Source: Balanoglossus misakiensis (lineage: Eukaryota; Animalia; Hemichordata). From it: 64,000 nucleotides of DNA. Position numbers and translations under genes: made by a program. Under the pieces are notes generated by a model that did no database searches, had not been told where the DNA came from, and saw nothing but the letters and a program-made list of their open reading frames with translations. The stretch spans positions 8,079,919 to 8,143,918 of the forward strand of contig CM082584.2 in the NCBI GenBank assembly GCA_040954595.2, in the 5' to 3' direction. Shown here piece after piece: positions 1 to 12,215 of this stretch; the first letter of the stretch is position 1, and every line of letters begins with the position of its first letter.

Positions 1-3000
1 TCTTTGCATTGATGTTTTTGTACAGTTCTGGGAATTCCTTGGGGATGAAAGAAACAGTGAATTCTAAGTATTAATAACATATCGGCATCTCGGTATAAAT
101 ATGTATTAGATATACATGTACTATTCAACACCACACGATACAAATCTTACGCCTTAGTCTTTTTATCTAAACATGGCTTAAGTGATTGTGAAAACTATTC
201 ATTTTGTCATCATTTTGTCGAGATTTAAAGGTTAAGTCAGTTGATCGTTTACTGCAAACGCCGAAGCTTTGACAAGAAAATCATGACATCAAACGTCTAA
301 CTTACAAGTTGGGTTTTAAAAGGGAGACGTTGAGATCCATCGGAGTTGTCGTAATTCATAAGACTGTCGAGGATAACTGCGCCTTGTAACGTACTGTGGG
401 AGCCATCATCGTTGGCAAGAAACGTTTCTAGCCACGTCTTGACAAATGCTTCACTTCCGACTTGGCCTTCACCGCCTGCATAGATGTATGGGTGTACAAG
501 ATATAAGTTAACGCCAAAACAAAAAAAAACACAACCGAAAAAAAAAAGTTTTTTTTGTGACACTGACCTGGTAAGGATTCTTCAAAGTCAAAAGCCACGA
601 ACACAATGGTGTTCGTCATGCGACACACTTCTGACGTCACAAGCTTGATTGCCTCGATCAACACCGCCATGCCAGAACCGTTGTCGTCCACACCGGGCGA
701 CGATTTCACCGTATCGAAGTGAGCCCCCAACACCAGGACAGCGTCGTCGCCGGTACCGTTTGTTTTTCCCGGAAGCACCCCGATCACATTAGTTCCCGTA
801 TGCTATACCGGAGAAATTACAAATATTACACTGGCCATATACGTTGCGTCTTGGTCTGTTAAGGTAATACAACCTACAAAGCACTCATAAATTTGCATAT
901 GCCTTATACATGGACTCATTTAACATATTTGGACATATCATATGGAAGATATCTGCTACAATGTCTTTGGTAAATAGACTTACTCTCTTACTGCCCGGCA
1001 CAGCGAACTCCATCAGCTCAACTTCAAGTCCATGTTCCTCGAACACCTCGCTGATGTAGTCGCGCGTTCTAGCCTTGTTTTTAGGGTTCACCAAGTGATT
1101 GCGGTTTTCCGAAAAATGACCGACCAAGATCTCCCGCAGATCAGCTACAATCGCAGCAGTCGCGTTGGTTACTACCTCGGAGACCTGGTTGACGTCACCT
1201 GCACGAAAAGTTTTATGGATTTTTTTAATAGAAATACTGCTACGACTGATAAGTACCCGTCAGGATATCTTCAAAGGAAAACAACGTATAGAAATGTAGT
1301 CAGCTTACTTGTCTCACTGGTCACCGTGACGTCATCTGCTGGCAGACAGCTTTCGTCGCCATGTTCACCACCCCCAAGTTCATTCGTCAAGTTGACGAGG
1401 CTGCGCGTCGTCTTGGCGAGGAACAGCATTTTCTCCCACGTGATAGAGTTGGCGTCATCGCACTCTGCGTGATAGCACTGCACCATGTCTCCTCGCAGGC
1501 TGGCTGCAACATTGAGAAACGATAATGTGTGGCTTCAGTTCCCGCGTAAACGATCTGGCATGCATGAAGTGAAGATCTATCCCGTGGCCATTGAAATCTT
1601 ATTCGATAAAATACTTCAGTCTTCTCCTTATCCTTATCTTTAGTCCCCACCAGTCTGAATTTGTGTATCCTTACCTGTATCTGTCACAATGATGGCGTTG
1701 AAGGAGTTTTTCCAGAAAGAGATGTGGCTACTCTTAAAACTGACACCACCTACAGGCAGAATATGCACACCCAAAATATGGAATTAACGCCTGCATTGAC
1801 CATTCAAGACAGGGGGTATCCGTTATTGTGAATGTAGTGTCCTTTTTTTCTACATGAACATTAAATAAAGCATCTGGCGGTCTGTCCATGATCAAAAGTG
1901 TGAACTTACCTGAAATGTATTGCCAAGGTATGGCCTCGGTCACGAGAGCACTGCCGGCGTCGTTCCATCGATCTGTAAACTGAGCGACCAATGCAACGTC
2001 TTCCTCGGGTCTTCCCATAACAGCGAGAAAATCGCCCTTGAAACGTCTTGCCTGGACTTTTGCAGCTAACTGGCGGTTGGTCTGCCAATCGTAAAGAGAG
2101 TTCATTCAGTCTGGCGGACAATCACGATCTAGTATACTCAGTGTCTTTTTCTACGAGATTTTGACATCGAAGATTCATTATTGTTGTATGTACATGTATG
2201 TACGAACACCCCCCCCCCCCCGATTCAATCCCGAGTGTGCACCGCGCCGACACGTGCACCGATGAAGAAGACTTATATATAGACTTACTAGACGAGTCAT
2301 GAACGGCAACGTTTGAGATTGTTCGGAGCTGTTGTAGTTCATGAGAGTGTCTAAGATTATAGCGCCTTGCACTGTACTCTCTGAACCATCGTCGTTAGCA
2401 AGGAATGGTTTCAACCAATTTCTCACAAACGCGCTGCTTCCGGTCAGTTCTTCACCATCTGACATGAAATGAACAGGAGAAAGGTCATTTTAAATCACCA
2501 AGAGGAACACAACTTGAAGAAGAAATAACAACAAGCCTGTGTTAGTGGCCACCCCTATACCGTGGCCACCTCTACTTTATTGTGGCCACTTTGTTACAGT
2601 CCCTGGGCAATTAACATGTACATTAATTGCCCTGTCTATAACGACCACCTGTCTATAAACTTGGGCAAGTTGGAAAGTCCCTTTTCTGGCCACAACATGT
2701 ATAGACATAGGTAGTGCATCCAATATGGCGCCTGCAGCAATACTGACCTGCTTGCCGTTCCTCGAGGTCAAAGGCCACGAACACCAAGGTATTTGCCAGA
2801 CGACACCCGCCAGCCGCCGTCACCAGTTTGATTGTTTCGATTAACACCGCCATGCCAGAACCATTGTCGTCCATAGTCTGGTTCCCTGCCCCAATCCCAC
2901 CGCTGGCTGCGCTACGCTAAAGGGAAAGGGTCAGGCACGGCCTATTGTAAACATGGCTCTCATTGGTCAATACATACGAAAATTAAGTTGTTAAATTGAT

Positions 3001-4680
3001 AAGTTGTTGTAAGATACTCATTTCCCGTTCTCTCCTTCACCTCCATGAATGTTTATCATTCGATTTCCAACTTTACAACAAACGAAACAAAATAAACTGC
3101 CTGGATGAATCTTGACTGGCATACGGACATTGGAGGCATCCATCTTGTTTCACACCCAGGTTTCTGGGTGTGAAATCGGGCCGTACCTGACCCCTTTCCC
3201 TTTAGCGTAGCGCAGCCAGCGGTGGGATTGGGGCAGGGAACCAGACTATGTCGTCCACACCCGGCGACGTTTCCACCGTATCAAAGTGCGCCCCCATCAC
3301 CAACACACTGTCATTTGCGGTGCCCTTTGTTTTTCCCGGAAGCACTCCAATGATGTTAGTTCCTGCATACTACAGAAGGAAATGGCAAACGCTTGCATTT
3401 AACGCTGTATCAGGGAGAATGATTTCTAATTTTGTTCTTATACATGTACATGTAAACAATTCAGTGTTTGTCACCCTTCACCCTTTTAGTTTCGTCCTGA
3501 ATACATGTACATGTATTCAATCATATAACTGAGGCAACTAGCCAGCGTCGTCCCTGGTAAATGTCGTGTGATAAAGTTTACAAACAAGCTCTTTAATTTT
3601 TTTATTAGCGGTCATAATTACATGTTTACACAGGATATACTAGTATACACCGAGTGCTAACAAAGGGATGTGAAAACAACCAAGGATCCAATTGCAAGTA
3701 AAACTAATTTATCAAGGGAAGTATCTTAAATATCCAGGGGCTCCACAATTATTGTACTGTATGTATAAAATTTTCACTTTTCACTTTCCAGGTTTCTCTA
3801 CTACTTTGAAACAGTTTGCATCATCAACAAGTGTTATCAAAATCTTGATTTCCTATCGAATCCCTTCTCATAAACTCGTTGTACTCTGACTGTTGAAACA
3901 AGGCTAAGCTGCCCAATGCAGGATGCAGTGCCCATTTTCACAGTGTAAAGTAATGCATGTCGAAACGAATTCAAATTTACTTACACTGGCATCGCTACGT
4001 AGAGAGAACGACATTCGGTGGACTTCCAGCCCGGCTCTTACGAACACGTCGCCGATGTACTCGATGGTTTGGGCTTTGTGTTCAGGGCTGACCAGGTGAT
4101 GTCGAGTCCTCGAGAAGTGTCCAACCAATGTGTCCCGCAGCTCAACTGCCAGGGAATCGGTCGGGCCTTCTTCGGTGGAGACATGGGGACTGTTTACTGA
4201 AGAAGAAGAAACATTTAATTTAATATAGACAGGAAGCACACAGCCATTGCCAGTACGAAGTGGAGGTCCGGATGCACGTAATGAAAATGAATGAGTCACA
4301 TTACACATCCTTTGTTTTCAATCTGAATTTCAACCTCAGGGTCCGTGCAAAACATCGTGTCGCACGTCGCTCTCGCCGCCAATTCATTCAACCGTTTGTC
4401 CCGAGATATAGTCATGACGTGATCAATCCCCATGCATCATATCAGCTGATCACTATGAATTCTTTCATGATGCTATTCATGTTATTATAGAAACAAAGTC
4501 AATTTCCAAGCCAATACAATATTCATTTCTTATGAAAAAATAGACAGTGAAAATAATTTATCCCCTTAAGCTTAAACATGTCGAAATGATAACTGTCGAA
4601 AAGGTGTACTCACTCAACATGTACAGCAGCAAGAAAGCCCCGCTACGCAACAGCCAAAGGAATTCCTTCGTGAACACCAT
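1..4680 (-). CDS. Secreted M28-family zinc peptidase, two tandem peptidase domains (gene C/D); runs off the left edge; first domain interrupted by a TIR element
   Basis: Exons (minus): 4614-4680 signal peptide MVFTKEFLWLLRSGAFLLLYML; 3985-4196; 2748-3369 (GAHFD...GVDD[insertion]NGSG...FDLEE); 2289-2458; 1910-2081; 1675-1749; 1309-1503 (CYH..CD). A phase-1 intron leads into the second domain: 984-1198; 568-802 (GAHFDTVKSSPGVDDNGSG...FDFEE); 306-475; 1-37. GT-AG boundaries with consistent phases. Confidence 0.85.
2874..3248. mobile_element. 375-bp non-autonomous DNA transposon (MITE), TAG...CTA termini, ~68-bp TIRs, 9-bp TSD (AcademH/MULE-like)
   Basis: TAGTCTGGTTCCCTGCCCCAATCCCACCGCTGGCTGCGCTACGCTAAAGGGAAAGGG occurs at both ends in inverted orientation. 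Perfect TSD TGTCGTCCA at 2865-2873 and 3249-3257. Confidence 0.93.
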
Positions 4681-5037
4681 GCTCGTCAAATCAAGTGCGA
4701 CTGGAGCGTTCGCTCGAAGTTATTGAATGTGAAGGAAGCATGAACTCGATTCTTCGTATACTATACTCAAAGTAGGTTATGTAACCTGAGACCTTCCTGC
4801 AACCAGAGACTCTCAGAAGTTGACTTCAGTTTCTTCTGGCACCGACAAAAATTAACTGCGATTTGGAGTCATCAATGCCCTGGGGACCACGCGACTCACC
4901 AATCAAACGGAAGTCCGCGCGCGCGTTAAGTTCCGTCCGCGTTGAGTCGGGAAGTTGTATAAAGTAGATCCTTGGTTGCGTATCATGTATTTCCTTTTAT
5001 CCAAATTTAGCCCTATGTACGATTGCTACGGGGGGCA

Positions 5038-6152
5038 AAATTATTACATGCATCTAAGCCGATATTAATTATGAGATAATCAGATATCCAGAAATATCGT
5101 TCATTCTGTGAAACTACATTGGCATTTTTACAAATTGCTTGTTTTTTTTATATTAGAATTGCATCGAAAATATAACGTACTGAAAAAAAAACATTCAATG
5201 AAAAAAATCTGCCGACGCAACTCTTCAATAGTATTGTCACGGAATTGCTAGGTCAACGCCGCACACAAGACTCATATCTCAAGAAATGCGACTTTTCCCT
5301 GATTCTCAGACTGAGACACCCCATAGCAAGCGCAACTGTCAATTTTCCACGATTGGGGCGGAGCTTAGCCGCACACAAGATTCCTATCTCAAGAAATGCG
5401 ACTTTTTCCTGATTCTCAGACTGAGACACCCCATACGAAGAGCAACTGTCAATTTTCCACGATTGGGGGCGGGGCTTGTGTCACGTGGGCTTATTGCTTG
5501 TATATATAGTGACTCCCGTCGACATCCAAAGGCAGACGAGACATGGCGGTTGAACTGTAAGGACCGTGCTCTTGGTTGCGGTGATCTGAATTCGCACTTT
5601 ACCTCTATATTTCTTATATTTTCGTTCAAACCCTTCTCCACGTTTGTGGGAACACTTTGTCTGTAACCTCTGAGAGTTTTAGTTGTCTACGGATCGTAAT
5701 TCCGAGGTTTTTCTTGGTATTTGTGTGAGCGCAACGCTCAGGTCGGTCGGTCGGTCTTTTCAGCACGTCTCTTAGCGCACGTTCTGCCGTGCGCAAGGTC
5801 AATCGAACCAGGGCTTGTAACGGACCGGTCTACGCCGTCAAGGCTCGATCGTGCTACGTTTACGCTACCGTTTAGTTGGCTGTTTGGTCCAAGGTTCGTC
5901 ATTCACTAAGGCTTGACAATTTTGGGGACCTCAGTCCGACATAATTTCCGTTACAGTATGCTCGTTACAATGATATCAGAAAATCAAATTATTACATGCA
6001 CTAGGCCGATATTAATCATGAGATAATAAGATATCCAGAAATATCGTTCATTCTGTGAAACTACATTGGCATTTTTTTTACAAATTGCTTGTTTTTTTAT
6101 ATTAGAATCGCATCGAAAATATAACGTATTGAAAAAAAAAACATTCAATGAA
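5038..6152. repeat. ~165-bp direct repeats (5038-5202 and 5986-6152) flanking the first solo-LTR-like copy
   Basis: AAATTATTACATGCA...GAAATATCGTTCATTCTGTGAAACTACATTGGC...AACATTCAATGAA is present twice with few differences. Confidence 0.85.
5235..5955 (+). mobile_element. Solo LTR-like element, copy 1 (721 bp)
   Basis: Starts TGTCACGGAATT and ends AATTTCCGTTACA (TG...CA, inverted termini). 4-bp TSD GTAT at 5231-5234 and 5956-5959. Internal ~110-bp tandem repeat with ATTGG/GGGGCGG boxes, followed by CACGTG and TATATATAG. Confidence 0.75.
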
Positions 6153-6449
6153 GATTCATCCGGTACGTTAAGTTCCTACTTCGACGCGGAAAAAATTAGA
6201 GATAAACTGACGTTCTCAACGTTTTAGTTTCATTACATTTTTCTGCGTATCTAGGGAGCCCATTCTGATACAAAATGACACGTTGCTCGTTAGGTTTTCT
6301 GTTTTGTGTTATGATGAAACCTGCTAACCAGGTATAGTCCTGTTAAATATGTCTTGATATTGATGTTAAGTTGCCAGACCGTAGATATCATTGATACTGG
6401 TGAGAACGACGACGCGGGTATATCTTGATACAGTTGTACTACACTTCCT

Positions 6450-9400
6450 CTAGAGCCTGCAGCCGGTCGCCAGTGCCACCAACAGCAACGCTTCTGACAA
6501 CATCAGATATGTGTACTGTACTGTAGCACCCCCTGTTAACCAAAATGCAACACGTTTATAATACCGTGATCATGTCGCCATACAATCTAATCAATCAATC
6601 AATCAATCAATCAACAGGTGGATGGATGGACGGATTATTCATAAATGTACATTACCTGATAGACACGTATCACTAGGGTTGTCAATTCCAAATTCCTTTA
6701 AAACGTTCACCACGCTGCGTGTTGTTTTGGCCAGAAACAACATATTTTCGTCGGTAATAGTGCTCAGGTCGTCACAGTCTCGATGATAGCATTGTGCCAT
6801 ATTACCTCGAAAGTTGGCTGTAACAATGCAAAGAGGCCAATTGAAAACATTCATACATTCAGACCATGAGCTCGAATGGTAATTGCTGATAAAAGGGAGA
6901 AATTTCGAAAACCAAAGAAATATACGAGACTTTGCTGTTGTTGGCAAGTGATACCATTGTTTCACCTGACCGCGTTATTATCCTTTTTTAACCTTACCCG
7001 TGTCTGTTAAAAATATCGCCTTCAATGAATCCGGCTCGTGGCGCCAAAACGATGTATGATCGCTTCTGAAGAAATCCCCGTAAAGCTGGTAATCTAGCTC
7101 AGTGGGTACACCTGTACGACAAATGAAATGACGCTGGTCAGAGGCTAGAATGGTGTAATGGATAGTTATATAAATGATTTTGCCTATCGTGCCTAGGGAC
7201 GGACACAGAGAGACAGAGACAGAGACAGACAGAGACGGAGAGAGAGAAAGAGACAGAGAGAGCAGTGAACGTCATATCCAACAAAGGGATCAAATGTTGG
7301 AAGACGTCCATGTTCAATTGAAAAAAATCTGCCAACGTAACTCTTAAATAGTATTGTCACGGAATTGCTAGGTCAACGCCGCACACAAGACTCATATCTC
7401 AAGAAATGCGACTTTTTCCTGATTCTCAGACTGTGACACCCCATAGCAAGAGCAACTGTCAATTTTCCACGATTGGGGCGGAGCTTGGCCGCACACAAGA
7501 CTCCTATCTCAAGAAATGCGACTTTTTCCTGATTCTCAGACTGAGACACCCCATAGCAAGAGCAACTGTCAATTTTCCACGATTGGGGGCGGAGCTTGTA
7601 TCACGTGGGCTTATTGCTTGTATATATAGTGACTCCCGTCGACATCCAAAGGCAGACGAGACATGGCGGTTGAACTGTAAGGACCGTGCTCTTGGTTGCG
7701 GTGATCTGAATTCGCACTTTACCTCTATATTTCTTATATTTTCGTTCAAACCCTTCTCCACGTTTGTGGGAACACTTTGTCTGTAACCTCTGAGAGTTTT
7801 AGTTGTCTACGGATCGTAATTCCGAGGTTTTTCTTGGTATTTGTGTGAGCGCAACGCTCAGGTCGGTCGGTCGGTCTTTTCAGCACGTCTCTTAGCGCAC
7901 GTTCTGCCGTGCACAAGGTCAATCGAACCAGGGCTTGTAACGGACCGGTCTACGCCGTCTAGGCTCGATCGTGCTACGTTTACGCTACCGTTTAGTTGGC
8001 TGTACGGTCCAAGGTTCGTCATTCACTAAGGCTTGACAATTTTTGGGATCTCAGTCCGACATAATTTCCGTTACAGTGGGCTCGTTACAATGATATCAGA
8101 AAATAAAATGCACGAAGCGTCTACAATTGTTTGTATCGGCGGTGAACAAGTTTCACTCCAACTCAATAACAAGTAGGCATTACATATCGACACTTGCCAG
8201 AAAATGGAAGCGCGACAGTCTCATCCAGGTAGACGTCATGGCTGAGTTCGTTCCACTGGTCACTGAAGCCAGACATCAGTTCTGCGTCATCGGTCGCCCG
8301 GCCAACCACTGTGACAAAATCGCCTGAAAAGTTCCGCGCTGCGATACGCTGGTACTGTTCTGGAAACACCTGTGGAAGAGACGTCACCGTACAATATATA
8401 TTCGACACGTATAGTAAATGAATTTTATAATTGGCACGGCTTTGTGTAATAGATTGCCTTCTATGCATTCACTGGTACTGTAAGTGTGGCACTTGACAGT
8501 AACATCAGTCTACTACCTTCGTGGTTGGCCAACAGATCATTTACATGTACATGTATATCTGTGGATTTTCTGCCGATGTAACCCTTTTCCTGAAATCGGG
8601 ATGACGTCACAGTCTGTGATCTCCACTTATAGTTTCACCCGAGTGTACAGGTCAATAGCCTAATTCCAGTGAGCCGCCTCAAGATTAAGATGTACTTACC
8701 AGTTCAAACCCAGCCGGTAGCGTTTGTGCATGATCTGTGGCATTGAAGTTCATGAGGGTTTCCAAGACAACGGCGCCCTGGAAGGTGCTGTTTGTGGCGT
8801 CATCGTTGGCCAGGAAAGGCACCAACCATTCACTTACGAAGTGATCGCTTCCGATTAATCCATGACCAGCTATAATACACAATAGATATGCGCTTTTTAA
8901 AAAGTGTTTCTTCTTTTCAATTACATAAAAAACATGTACTGGTATGCGTCCAAACATCTATACGCGTTTGTCATGTATACCAACCTGCTGGCTGAAATTC
9001 TTCCAGGTCGAAGGCCACGAACACGATAGTATTTGTGAGACGACATGTCTCCTTCGTCACTAGTCGGATGGTTTCTAGGAACACTGCCATGCCGGAGCCG
9101 TTGTCGTCAACTCCGGGTGTCGATGTGACGGTGTCGAAGTGCGACCCCAAGACCAGAACCTTGTCGTCGGCTGCTCCGCGCATCTTCCCCGGAAGCACGC
9201 CGATCACGTTTGTGCCTTCGTACTGCGAATCCATGTAAAAATCATCAGCTGAAGCGTGGCATTAATATCGATTCCTACGATGAAAGCTAATGCGTAAATT
9301 AATACAGTTGTAACTACATATAATAAGTAAGTGTGGCTTTATGTTACGAAGCTTACCGCATTATTTTCCCCAGTAAACGGCATTGATTCAACTTGTAGTC

Positions 9401-10364
9401 CATATCCTTCTAGGTCTTCCTTGATTAAATTAACTGTGTTGTCTTTGTTTGTTGGGTTGACTAAGTGATTGCGATTTTCGGAGAAACGTTCTTCCAAAAT
9501 GGTACGAAGGCCAGTTGCTATGGCATCCAAGTTCTCCGCGGCCGCGTTCACGTGGCAACTATAAACTGGTGGTATGCACATAAAAAATGGCGCTCTCAAC
9601 GAAATATTTATATTTTTTTACCGTGAGATTTGTTATCTTTTTATGTGATCTTTATGATGCATCGTAATCTCTGGGATTGTTTACCTTCGAACCGTTATAC
9701 AGGTACCGGTAATAAACAAATAAATACTTGCATGTATCTTAGCACTCGAATAACTATGTGCATCATGATGGCACAAGTTTTCGCGAGTGCCTGGCCACCC
9801 ACGGAACACTTGTGATTGACATTACGGATTTTCCATCATAACAGTGGTTAAATACTGCACAGGTGACCGCATACCTTTAAATTTCGTCTTAATTTGTTTG
9901 TTGAACTGACTACTGCAAGGCACGGCTGTGTCACTTCTAAAAATACCGAGGGGATCTAAACACTGTTGATGTTTGCGATTGCTTAATAAATCAGGCAGTT
10001 TACAACATTCCGATATGCACCTTGTCACAGACTTCCAGATAAGCATGTTATGTTAATGCATGCACGTACGTATACATGCGCATATACAGACTAAACTCAA
10101 TCATGCTGTGAGCTGTTGCAAGACTTTCTTTCATAGAGGAAAGCCATGAATCAGTCCATCTGTCTTTTTTGTGTAAAACACCAACTTGCAAGAGACCAAA
10201 TAAAAAGTCGTCAATCTATCTCTAAGCAATAAAAGATATGTGTATAGGCTCACTCGACTTCAAAAATAAAACTAACAGTGTTGGTTAACTTTGTTCAGGA
10301 TGTACTTACAAAGAAACAGCATCCCCGCACAAATCACGGTGTGGCGAGATTTCGAGAACATCAT
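6450..10364 (-). CDS. M28-family zinc peptidase (gene B), signal peptide plus hydrophobic GPI-signal-like C-terminus
   Basis: Exons 10310-10364 (GCCACC-ATG; MMFSKSRHTVICAGMLFL), 9357-9565, 8985-9222 (GSHFD, GVDDNGSG, FDLEE), 8700-8869 (LET), 8198-8369, 6998-7111 (RSDHTSFW...TDT), 6656-6817 (ANFR...CYH), 6450-6532 (GATVQYTYLMLSEALLLVALATGCRL*). Confidence 0.88.
7203..7261. repeat. (AG/AC)-rich microsatellite
   Basis: ACAGAG/AGAC iterations. Confidence 0.8.
7355..8075 (+). mobile_element. Solo LTR-like element, copy 2 (721 bp), in intron 5 of peptidase gene B
   Basis: Near-identical to 5235-5955, with the same termini; also shares ~30-40 bp of flank on each side. Confidence 0.75.
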
Positions 10365-11591
10365 GGTGGCGATCGACGAGTGGGTTTCTTGCGGTACGCG
10401 CTGTAAGATCCACCACGACCATTGACAGTCAGGATAGGCGTGAGTAGTGTTTGGAGTCCCGTTTGCCAAACAAGCTCTTGGGTCAATTTATTTTGGCTGA
10501 GATAGGGGACCGAAAAAGGGTGATTTCTAAATACGACTGCAAAGGAGTAAATGATGGGTCATGTGTAGGCTTAATAGAAAGTCGGTAAAGTAAGAAAGAC
10601 GATGTTTTTGTTTAAACATAAAATTAAAACACATAATCTGCAAAAGTGTCTGGGTCAATTGCAATGTGAATGAAACGACTCGCAGGGTCTATGCCCCCCA
10701 GTCACCTCTTTTCCACCTGTTTTGGAAGAGTCCAACGGTCTTTGTACAGATTGGCCATTCAGGAACCACCTCCATCACCGAGAAGTGGTGATTTTATTAT
10801 GGAAACAAGCAGATAAACACCATGTTGCTTCTCTATTCAAAACGCCTTCCTACACACTATAATAAAATAAGGAATTGAAGCGCACGTTTGGATGACTATC
10901 GTTTTTCTGGAAATACTTCCCCGGGGCGTGTGCTACTTTAACTGACTCTGAGTTTCAAAGTAAAGATAAAGTTTGAAATTTTGTGGAAGTTCTCCTTCAG
11001 TCCCCACATTGTGGTTTCCATCGACTTTCGGCATAGTTAGAGTTTGGTCGTCGCGACGAAGCCTGATCCATCGCTTGCTGTAACTTTGGGCAACCTGTAC
11101 TTAATTCATAACCTTTAGCTTGCAATTGGGCAATCAATCATAATTATCATTTTCTCGTTGGCCATATACCAGTCACCTTTACATTTATATGATAGCTGTT
11201 TGTTGGTATTAACACTACACGTATATCGCCACTAACCTGACAGACTTATTTTAAGAGTTTAAATTTTACCAAAGAGTGTTTCTTACTTGTTTGAAGTATG
11301 GCAGATTACCATTTATTATAATTTCAATATATTGGTTGACAGTCAAACTTACGCGGTCATATAATATGTAACAGGTTTGACCTGGGTGGGAGCGCAGCAA
11401 GCTATGTATATATTCACATTGTTGTCAACACTCCACTTTCGACATGCATGCTTCGTCAACTATCTCTTGGTCAACTGAAGGATTTGCAACACTTTGCCAA
11501 AGACGTTCCTTTTCTCTGGTAGCGTCAGATTATCTTGATTATCAGTCCATTGGGTGTTTTGGTACGGTATTCAAAATCTTCACTCTTCACT

Positions 11592-12026
11592 CTAGCATAT
11601 GGTCAGCCGAAAAAAGAACTTAGAGCAACCGTGGACGCAACATAAAGTGAAGACAGAATCCTCAAGTCTAACTTCAGCCCCGAAATCAAGATCTTGGTGA
11701 TTTTCAACGCTTTCCATGTAGATGGCGAGAAGCGCCACGATTTCGAGGCGCAGGGCCAGAGCCGAATATTCCGCCTTGGAGTCGCTGTACGGATCCTCCT
11801 TGCAGACTTCCTTGAAGGTCTTCAGAAGATCGGCGCCGCACCGCTTTTCCCGGTGCTCGCTTCCAGGCTCTCCCGCGTCGCCCGGCGTCGGTGGTTCTTC
11901 GGGAACGGCCTGCGTTGCCGGGTCGGCGATGATGAAACTCCGGGAGAGGCGAGGCCCGACGGCTACGGAAATTATTATTAACTCGAGTAGAATTACCGAC
12001 TTGGTTCTCATGGTAGTAGGCGTCAT
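11592..12026 (-). CDS. Insulin/relaxin-superfamily peptide precursor (144 aa, single coding exon)
   Basis: N-terminal hydrophobic signal; Pro/Glu-rich pro-segment ending in REKR; B-chain CGADLLKTFKEVC (C-G-x10-C); C-terminal A-chain CCVHGCSKFFFRLTIC*. Exactly six Cys in the insulin pattern. Confidence 0.85.
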   Translation of the reverse strand: MTPTTMRTKSVILLELIIISVAVGPRLSRSFIIADPATQAVPEEPPTPGDAGEPGSEHREKRCGADLLKTFKEVCKEDPYSDSKAEYSALALRLEIVALLAIYMESVENHQDLDFGAEVRLEDSVFTLCCVHGCSKFFFRLTIC

Positions 12027-12215
12027 CTCTATTTCTAAGAATACAATTCGTGGCGGAAAAAAAATAAAATGAAAAACGTCCTACATGCGACAGTATATGT
12101 GTAGCTGTGTGACGTTTGACAAAATACATAATGTGAGCGCGAATATATAAAAATATTGATAGAAAATCACTCAAGGCTTGGACTGAATATACATGTAAAC
12201 TAAAATCCGTACATA

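Noticed and set aside
5286-8029. Duplicated 126/85/62-aa ORFs
   Set aside because: They lie inside the duplicated LTR-like element and have no recognisable protein motifs.
5235-8075. Full-length LTR retrotransposon bounded by the two repeats
   Set aside because: The interval holds host peptidase exons and no gag/pol, and both copies share the same flanks.
9682-9830. Candidate first exon for peptidase gene B
   Set aside because: No in-frame ATG; the exon at 10310-10364 has a Kozak ATG, signal peptide and matching phase.
11694-12174. Three other ORFs overlapping the insulin-like gene
   Set aside because: Shadow frames of a GC-rich coding exon with no motifs.
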